This document shows positions 53,179-61,407 of a DNA stretch of 64,000 nucleotides, one piece after another; the stretch's first letter is position 1, and the number at the start of each line of letters is the position of its first letter. The notes under the pieces are model-generated. The model searched no databases. It saw only the letters and a program-made list of their open reading frames with translations, and had not been told where the DNA came from. Source of the stretch: Basidiobolus meristosporus CBS 931.73 (Eukaryota; Fungi; Basidiobolomycota); the NCBI GenBank assembly GCA_002104905.1, contig MCFE01000172.1:79667-143666 (forward strand), read 5' to 3'. The translations under genes and the position numbers were made by a program.

Positions 53179-55422
53179 GTTTTACGATTGTACACCTGGA
53201 AGGACCGCTGAACAAGCGAAAAAGAAAGAGGTTTTCTCAGCCATAATTTTTTTTATACAGCGCCGAGGACTATACCATCCGCTATATTGTTATTGGGTGG
53301 ATTGAAGTGGGGAGGGACCTTGATCTACCAGGATCAGTGATTTTCATCCGGAACAGATTGCAATTGAGTTGACGTTTATCCTACTTGGCCAGATACTGAG
53401 GGTTTGGCCAAGAGTGGGAAGCCATATTGGTACAGGGCGACGGCAGCATTTAATGTGCGCCTGGTGATTGGTGACTCTTGAGACTCTCGTATTTTGAGTA
53501 CATCATGTACTATTTTCTACAGAAACTGAAGTCATAGACATGCATCGGAATAGCAAAGCCATGGCCACAGTAATATAGAAGAAGCGGGTGATGATTGGGC
53601 AATCGAAACATGTAATATCATTGCATACATTGAGGGGATAGCATCATTACTTAACTGCACGATTTTCTATAGAGCATATCGACTGCTTCATTGATGATAA
53701 AGCTCCTCATTGCTAGCCAATAGACCAGGTGTGAAGTCAGAACTAAGACTGAGGCTTCCGATCGTCGCAAATTTGATGGTTTTCAAACACTTGCCTAATA
53801 GGGTACGAATTGGTATTGCGGCATGCATACGAATCGAAACCGTAGTCGTAAACCGTTTTTATATTTGCTGTTCTGAGAATCAAATCATGGTTGCGTACTC
53901 CAGAGGTGCATGCACTTGGACGAAATCAACCAACAATAGGGTTGCGAGTGGATATGTTTGCTAGCCTGCTGGTTTCGTGAGTTGGCCATACTTGTTGATT
54001 TCCCTTCATTCTGTTCCTCCACATTATGGCGAGATTCGGCACCTACTTCGGTGACAACGGAGATGTATTACCTGTCAGCTTCCTGATGGTTTTAGCCAAC
54101 GCTTATAATCTCGGCGGAACCCGCCTGTGTACGAAAACCCATAGCTCAATGACCATCACTTGCAATAAACCGATGATGTAACAACTCGGCTGTAGTTGGC
54201 TCATAAAAATATCTTGTAGCCCTGATGGATCGATCTCTCGAAATGTACTCCATTGTCACCCAAGGGACTTGGGATTAAACGGAGAATTCACTTCCAGCAG
54301 CCCCTCATTTCACGGCGTTTCATATTAGTGTTGCACTACAAAAAGGAATCAATATCCTTATTTGGATGGGTTAGTTGGTGCACTACATTTTAAGAAATTG
54401 CCCTTCTGCTAAGCATTTGGGTGATTTATCGAATGAGTGGTACTCAATGCTCAATTTACATGGCACAGATAGGACATGTAACAAGGGGCGAGGGACATAC
54501 TGCTCTGGAATAAGTGCTACAGGAGAAACGCCGGCATTCCGAAGTTGCTCATCAGAAGGAAGTGGATATGCTTATGCTTCTCCCAGAGTGAATCTAAAAT
54601 ATCCCAAAGCCAAGCATACCTCTTTGGTCTCTTTCAGTTCCTGCTTCGCAGCTGGTTTGCCAAGAGAATATCCTACTGGAATTGTAAGCAACGCTTCCTA
54701 TTATTTGTCATCTGAAGAGGTCATGTGTAGGTATTCTACCCTGTGTCCCCAACCCTGCCAAAATTGTTATGCTCCTATGTCTTAGATTAGAATATATTCT
54801 TGGTTTAACTTGGGGTATTTCCCGAAGTCAGCTGGACAACACATGGAAACATTTCGAAGCTACGAATAAGGTGTCCACAATTGCTGGGCACCAATCCAAT
54901 TGCAGTGAGGGAGGATGTCATATGTATGAGTGCTATTGGCATTCTACTATCAGATCCGTTATTTTCAGTCGTGATTTGCCGACATAAGTTGATGGATCCC
55001 TATCCCAATGGGGAACCATTCACCAATCAGGAGCTTCATCGCATTGATTCTCTGCTGGCTTTAAATTCATCTCTTGGAATGCCTCGAGTGGTCTGCTCAT
55101 ATCTTAATTTCGTTTCGTTGCCTAACCCTTTATTATTACGCGGTACAACTCGGCCACTTCACCGAGAACGATAAGGGGAAGAACCTTCTATTTTCTAACC
55201 TGTTGAACACGCAATATTCTATTGAGTACATTCCCTAAATTTTGTATATAGTAACCTCGTAATTACACAATCTTTGGCTAGTCTGTTGAGGTAGCAGTCA
55301 TTCCGCAAAGAATACTTCGATTGGTCGTCTGTATTCCTTTGGCACTTGCCAATTGACCCTACACCGTAGAAATTCCCTTTCAGCCACCTTTATTGCCCTT
55401 CAACTTTACAGTTTACCTCAAT

Positions 55423-56031
55423 ATGTTGTTTCAAAAGTCGCACTTAAATGCAAACACAGTCCGTCCCTTGGTGACACGTTCTACCCGTCAGAATTCTTCT
55501 CGCCCAACTATCAACACTCCAGTTAAACAGTTTGGTACTACTTCTAACGGCCCTAACGCTTATTCCTCTACGATGTTGGGATCAGTTCTTCAAAGATTTC
55601 GAGGCTCTCTAATGGGACGAAACCCCTCTACTGGGATATCTCGCCTCAATAATGAGACTCGCTCACGTTTTCATACCGCCACAGCAGAATCCTTTTATCC
55701 GCTTCCCTCCAACAACTTGTTTGGGGAATTTTTCAGACCGAACTCACCATCATATTATGGCAGCACCACAAACCCTACCCTAACCACGTATAATCTACAG
55801 CCTCAACAGAGTGAACCCGAGGCTCCATGGGAGGATTTTACGCTATACGATGATGACGGCGCTGCCGGAGAATTCAGCTGGGATGTCGCGAGTTTTGCCC
55901 CCGCCCTATTTGCACCACTGGCTGAGGTCATAGCCTCAACTATCTCAAACTCAAATGAGAGCAACAAGCCCGCTGATAACGAGCAGGAGCAAGGGAGTGA
56001 GGACCCTGACAAATTCTTTGAGAGATTGTGA
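55423..56031 (+). CDS. Hypothetical protein with basic/Ser-rich N-terminus resembling a mitochondrial presequence
   Basis: About 200-codon open frame from the ATG at 55423 with an acidic C-terminus; no family recognised. Confidence 0.45.
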   Translation: MLFQKSHLNANTVRPLVTRSTRQNSSRPTINTPVKQFGTTSNGPNAYSSTMLGSVLQRFRGSLMGRNPSTGISRLNNETRSRFHTATAESFYPLPSNNLFGEFFRPNSPSYYGSTTNPTLTTYNLQPQQSEPEAPWEDFTLYDDDGAAGEFSWDVASFAPALFAPLAEVIASTISNSNESNKPADNEQEQGSEDPDKFFERL

Positions 56032-56045
56032 TTCCGAGAGAGTGC

Positions 56046-56065
56046 GAGAGAGAGAGAGAGAGAGA
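56046..56065. repeat. (GA)10 microsatellite
   Basis: gagagagagagagagagaga read directly. Confidence 0.9.
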
Positions 56066-57440
56066 CAGGAAGGAGTACTTTCATTTCATTTACTTGACAA
56101 TGTAAGCCTATTTTTCTGCAATTCCCTCCGGGCCAGTCTGTAGGCGTACGTTTTCGTATTTGCAATAGCAACCGAGTGACTCACATGATTACAGTTCTTT
56201 TTGTATATTCATGTAGAAGATTCTGTTCAAACCCGGCGTCTTGTTGTATCAGACTCTACCAGGCAAACGAAGACTTGTTATAGCGAATTTCTGGACTCTC
56301 GAAACACCAGTTATTTCTACAAAAGGACTTTTAAATATTGTTGAGGCTTGCCATACTCTGATAGGATAGACTCACTTAAGTAGGATACTCGCTTTAGAGT
56401 AAAATTTCCCTCATACTGTTATGATTTTTATTACCGAGATATATAAATGATGTGCAGAATGCCAATTTAACATGCTTAAGAATGTTAAAGAAATTCTTTA
56501 TGAATATTGATATATAAAAGTATAACGGTCCAATCAGTTGAGTATGAGTGTGATTATGTAGGAGCGTGGCTGTCAAAAAATGGGGATTTGCACAGGTCAC
56601 AGCTAGACACTGTTATATATCACATCTCTGCGTTGTGATGATCAAGTGATACACTATATAAATAGCCAGTTCTGACAAACTAGCGGTAGTAGTTTGGTGC
56701 CTTATCATATGCCGATCAACTTGCATAAATCAATATTGTGATGAAGATCGCCATTCTTTGAGGTAGTGTAAAACCAGATAGCTTAGTTCGATTAAATCAA
56801 ATGGGTTCCACTTGAACCCAAGAGTTTTGAAACTAGAGTCCAATCATCGAACACTCGCTATTTTGTTCAACAATAACAACAAATGGTTCAGTGAAAAGTA
56901 CGTAGCAACAATTTCCTCAACAGACACAATGTATCAAAAGTCACTTGCAATCAAACATCGACCTGCACCAGACTCATGCATAGGATAAGTAATCCCTCAT
57001 GAGGGAGTCAACAGCAGCCCATACTGGCTCAATACCGGCTAACTGCCGTTCACAGCAATCCAACGATCGGGACATTAATGGTACAGTGAACGCAAATTCA
57101 AGAGGTAGCATGCACCAGACTACATGGACTTCAACACCGTCTTCGGCATTGCTACATGATTAACTATCTGCTCCTTTCCAGCAGTTTATACGGCCAGATA
57201 GGTACTCATACTACAAGGACCTGTAGGGATGAAACAAGGTTTGTCTTCCTGGGTATCAGCAATGATCTATGAAACACACTCAAGATGAGAGGCAGCTTTT
57301 GTATGCCGAGTGTCGTTCGACTGGGCACATGAAACTATTGGATTGTTTGAAATTGCGCTCCACCAGGTACAAATATGGCCGTGCCCCAGCATATACCCAC
57401 TGTAGCCGAGTCCCTCTCGAAGTAGTTCAACATGCTGCAA

Positions 57441-59114
57441 ATGACCAAAAGGACCCAGCTTCTTGCACTGCTCGGTGCAGGCAGTTTGTTGTGCTCCGTT
57501 GCCGAGGAGGCTGTCAGTCCAAATCTCCCCGGAAAGTACGTATCCTGGAATCGGTACGTGACATGTAATAGTCAAAAGATGGCGCAGCCCAGCAACGTCT
57601 TTGACCTTCAACGTATTGTACGGAATGCATACAAAAACGGAGGGCATGTAAAGGGGGTTGGTCATTTGCATTCATCCTCGGATATCATCTGCACGGACGG
57701 TATTGGTGTGAACTTCGACAAATTCAAAAAAATCAAGATCCATGAGGACCAACAGTCAGTTACCGTTGAAGCTGGGGTCAGAGTCTACGACCTTGTGAAA
57801 TATCTGAGCGAGAACGGCGTAGGGATAGCCAACTTTCCCAATATCGGAGACATATCGGTTGCTGGCGCCCTTGGCACAGGAGCTCATGGCTCTTCGCTTA
57901 TCCAGCCTAGCACCATGAGCGATTTGGTCCTTTCCATGAGAGTGGTGACTGGTACTGGTGAGTTGAAGACCATCAAAGGCGACTTGTTGGATGCCTTCCG
58001 TGTGCACATAGGCGTAGTTGGACTTCTCTACGATGTCACACTCAAGCTTATTCCCGGCTATAAGCTTCATGTTCAAAACTATCCTGTGCCTGCAAGTAAA
58101 TTGCTCGATGGTAGCATCGAGGCCATGGTGCCCAACTATGACCTGTTTCAGGTGTGGTGGTTCCCAAGCACTGACACCGCTGTTGTATCAAACGGAACAT
58201 ACGTGTCGGATGCCGAGCCTGGGAATGATAAATGGAATTTCATCACTTCTGCAGATCCGCAGGATGTCACTGGAATGGTCGACACATTTGAAAGTGTGCA
58301 GGCCGCTCGTGACGTAGGCAAGATTTGCAAGATGGAAGCTGAAGCGGAGAAATCATTTTGGACCAAAGTCCCAGGCAAGCCGGCGATCTATTCAAATCCT
58401 CAAGGAGAACTCCGGAATCCCGCAGTAGGATTCCCGCATGACATGATGTCTCAAGTCTGTAGTCCATGTTCATGGGATGGAAAAGTGAACAAGATTCCAT
58501 TTGACCTTCGCCATATCTCCATGGGCGTCCCGTTAGAGCGCTTTAAAGAACTGGTCCAGGAAATCCAGAAGATTCTGGACAGGTTCCCTGCTTGCTTTCC
58601 ATTCAACGGTATCTGGTTCCGATTCAGCCCAGCTTCTGATGGCTGGATGTCCCTCTCTTACGGTCGCAAAACGGTTCATATAGAATTCCTTACTCCTTGC
58701 CGAGTGAATAAAGACAGCGACCCTAAACTTGGTATTGAGGCAATCCAGCTCATTAGCCAAACCCTAGTGAACAAGTTTGACGCACGGCCACACTGGGGCA
58801 AGAATGGGCATTATTATTTCTCGCACAAGGTTCGCTCTGCTGTTCATCCAAAGCTCAAGGAATTCGGCCAACTTGCCAAGTCACTCGACCCGCGTGGTGT
58901 ATTTAGCAACGACTTTACAGATCGTATCTTCCATAGTAATCCCTCAAAGCTTGCATCAACAGTCAAGCAATGTGCTTTAGAAGATATCTGCCTCTGCTCG
59001 CGTGATACTGATTGTGCATATGGCCAAATTTGCGTAAAGGAAAACGAATATAGGTACTGTACTTATAAGGAGGAAGGATATAGACTGGATGATGCTTTCA
59101 CTGAAGCCTTTTAA
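57441..59114 (+). CDS. Secreted FAD-linked sugar-lactone oxidase, L-gulonolactone oxidase (GULO/ALO)-like, intronless
   Basis: Signal peptide MTKRTQLLALLGAGSLLCSVA; FAD motif VKGVGHLHSSSDIIC; SVAGALGTGAHGSS; C-terminal ARPHWGKN; Cys-rich tail CALEDICLCSRDTDC. Confidence 0.88.
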   Translation: MTKRTQLLALLGAGSLLCSVAEEAVSPNLPGKYVSWNRYVTCNSQKMAQPSNVFDLQRIVRNAYKNGGHVKGVGHLHSSSDIICTDGIGVNFDKFKKIKIHEDQQSVTVEAGVRVYDLVKYLSENGVGIANFPNIGDISVAGALGTGAHGSSLIQPSTMSDLVLSMRVVTGTGELKTIKGDLLDAFRVHIGVVGLLYDVTLKLIPGYKLHVQNYPVPASKLLDGSIEAMVPNYDLFQVWWFPSTDTAVVSNGTYVSDAEPGNDKWNFITSADPQDVTGMVDTFESVQAARDVGKICKMEAEAEKSFWTKVPGKPAIYSNPQGELRNPAVGFPHDMMSQVCSPCSWDGKVNKIPFDLRHISMGVPLERFKELVQEIQKILDRFPACFPFNGIWFRFSPASDGWMSLSYGRKTVHIEFLTPCRVNKDSDPKLGIEAIQLISQTLVNKFDARPHWGKNGHYYFSHKVRSAVHPKLKEFGQLAKSLDPRGVFSNDFTDRIFHSNPSKLASTVKQCALEDICLCSRDTDCAYGQICVKENEYRYCTYKEEGYRLDDAFTEAF

Positions 59115-59302
59115 TAAATGAAGCGATATGGGAAGTCTGGCTTTCTAGATGCCAATTATAGCTTCCATATCTGCTCTCAACATACACTGTGCCATTAGTA
59201 GGAATAGTCCGAGACATATCAGCTGAACGTACTGTATGCTAATTTTAAGTTGTATTGGGGCTAGCGCAGATGGATAGCCACAACAGCTAGGGAATTACTT
59301 AA

Positions 59303-61404
59303 GGGGGGAGACAGTCACCAACAGGTGAAATCTTTATTTCAGTTGAAACAAAGAAGCCAGCGCTACTGTTGTAGCTTTGATACAAGAGTGTGTAGCTGAG
59401 GGGAATTTGTAGGTAAGTTAATAAGAAGTGATGATAGTTCTTCAGTGCTCAAGACACTGTTCACTGGGAAGGGGGGTAGCAAGAGAGGTAAGAATGACTT
59501 GTGAACAACATTAATGAGGGGAATGTGATAAGGGTTGATATTCATCTTAAAGGGAGTGTGCTGCTGCAGATATTGCTGCCAAAGGTCTGTCAAGTACTTC
59601 ATGTAGGCCAGCTTGGGTTTTTCTGACTGCAGAATATAGTGTGCAAACTTCTTGACTTCAGGATCTCCAAGTATAGTTCTCCAGCAGGAGCCAGGTGTTG
59701 TGTGGTGTGTTCTCTTCCAGGCCTTAATCAGTGGGTTGCTGCAGTTGTGAAGTCTGAGGTATAATCTGGTTCTAAGGTAGAGAAGTCTGATCTTATAGGG
59801 CATAAACCCAAAAGCACCAAGAATAGCATGTCTGTAGGGGCATTCAGGCAAATGAGGCACCAAGGAGGTAATGCACCATACTGCAAACTTGTCAAGCTTA
59901 GTGCAGTCTCTAGAAGTAAGAGAGAGAAGTGGTAAGCCAAATTCCAGGACAGGGAAGACAAACTGCTTGAGTAGAAGGAGGCAGCTGGGAGCTGAAGTTG
60001 TAGGAGGAGTAACAGCCAGTAGCTTGTGGAGTGCCTGTCTTGCCAGGATAATTCTCTTCTTCAGGTGTGCTCCAGAGTCTATTCCAGTAAGAAGGAAAGG
60101 AAAGCCAAGATATGTAGCAGAAACCTGAGCAGGTAGAGTGGAGTTCTCCAAGTTGATGGGAGAGCCCAAAGGTACTGTCTTTGCAATGGAAAGCGGGAGA
60201 TTATTCTTCTGCAGATACTGGTGGATGGTCTGGGAGTCTTGTTGCACATTGGAGGAGGATATTCTGATGTCATCAGCAAAGAGAGTAACCAGGCAGTCAG
60301 CTGAGAGTCTTGGGAAATCATTCAGGAAGATGGCAAACAGTATAGGACCAAGCACAGAGCCTTGAACCACTCCATTAGGAACTGAGAACACAGCTGATTG
60401 CTCACTTGGGTGCAGAATTCTTGCTTGTGGATCCAGAAATAGAGACCTGACAAGGAGGGTGAGAGAGGTACTGGAGAAGCATTGCAACTTGGACCAAAGC
60501 AGATTTCTGTCAACTGAATCAAAGGCCTTAGTAATATCAAACAGAACTGAGGGATACTTGCACTGGAGAGAGTGATCTTGGCTAAGTATGACTGCATATT
60601 CCAAGGAGAGGCCAGGAACAAAGCCAAACTGTGCAGGATGAAACTTGAGGGAGTCAGAGTAGAGCTCCTGAGCAAGCAGAAGCTCAAACACCTTTCTGCA
60701 GGTGGGAAGCAGAGATATTGGCCTGTAGGAGCTAGGATCCAGGTGCTTTCCTTTACCCTTGTACAGTGGGAGAACATTTGCAAAGGACCATTCCTCAGGA
60801 GTAGAAAGCTGGGCTGAGCATTGTTGAAACAGTGGAAGCAGAAGTGCAGACATGGCCTTGGTACTAGTCTTCAGAAGCTCATAGGAGATTGTGTCCACAC
60901 CTGGAGCAGTAGAGTTGGGAAGCCTCTTGAGCACATTATGGTTTCTCCTTTGATCAAGTGCAAGTGGGATGGGCAGAGTCTTGAAGTCAGGATGAAAGCC
61001 AGGAGTTGAGTACTGCTTTGTAGAGAAGAAGATGTTAGCCAGCTGTTCTGTTGAAGGTAACTTCCTGGAGGAGGGCCTCATTGCCCTGTAGAGTCTTGAT
61101 ACTGTTCTTGTTATAGAGTTGGAAGATTGCAGAGGCAAAGAACTCATAATATGATCCCAGAGCTGAGTATGCAGAGTGTGGTGAATTGCCTTGGAGTGAT
61201 GTATTGCTGTCAGGAGGAGTTTCTCTGTTTTTGGGTTAGGGAAACTCAGGTAGCTTTGTTGCAGGGCTGAAACAATGGATTCCCATTTTCTTGAGGTAAC
61301 AGCAGTAGTCTTGCATGGCAGTGAGAGGGAGGCAGACACCAGAATCAGATGCTTCACAAAGAGCCAGGCATAGTTGAGATCATCTGGCAGAGAAAGTAGC
61401 AAAC
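59303..61404 (-). mobile_element. Non-LTR retrotransposon copy A, 5'-truncated, telomere-associated
   Basis: Contains the RT ORF 59363-61402. The 3' end (sense) is ..AATAAA..TCACCtgttGGTGActgtctC6. The 5' end abuts the TTAGGG unit that begins copy B. Confidence 0.9.
59363..61402 (-). CDS. Non-LTR reverse transcriptase (679 codons, open to the truncation point, no true ATG at the start)
   Basis: APGVDTI, WSFANVLPLYKGKG, YRPISLL, QFGFVPG, FDITKAFDSV, GVVQGSVLGPILFAIFLND, LFADD and YLGF motifs of nLTR RTs. Confidence 0.93.
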   Translation of the reverse strand: MLLSLPDDLNYAWLFVKHLILVSASLSLPCKTTAVTSRKWESIVSALQQSYLSFPNPKTEKLLLTAIHHSKAIHHTLHTQLWDHIMSSLPLQSSNSITRTVSRLYRAMRPSSRKLPSTEQLANIFFSTKQYSTPGFHPDFKTLPIPLALDQRRNHNVLKRLPNSTAPGVDTISYELLKTSTKAMSALLLPLFQQCSAQLSTPEEWSFANVLPLYKGKGKHLDPSSYRPISLLPTCRKVFELLLAQELYSDSLKFHPAQFGFVPGLSLEYAVILSQDHSLQCKYPSVLFDITKAFDSVDRNLLWSKLQCFSSTSLTLLVRSLFLDPQARILHPSEQSAVFSVPNGVVQGSVLGPILFAIFLNDFPRLSADCLVTLFADDIRISSSNVQQDSQTIHQYLQKNNLPLSIAKTVPLGSPINLENSTLPAQVSATYLGFPFLLTGIDSGAHLKKRIILARQALHKLLAVTPPTTSAPSCLLLLKQFVFPVLEFGLPLLSLTSRDCTKLDKFAVWCITSLVPHLPECPYRHAILGAFGFMPYKIRLLYLRTRLYLRLHNCSNPLIKAWKRTHHTTPGSCWRTILGDPEVKKFAHYILQSEKPKLAYMKYLTDLWQQYLQQHTPFKMNINPYHIPLINVVHKSFLPLLLPPFPVNSVLSTEELSSLLINLPTNSPQLHTLVSKLQQ

Positions 61405-61407
61405 TTA

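Noticed and set aside
54375-54785. Possible zf-RVT/LINE remnant (HYILRNCPSAK)
   Set aside because: Single weak motif, no flanking RT similarity, non-ATG start.
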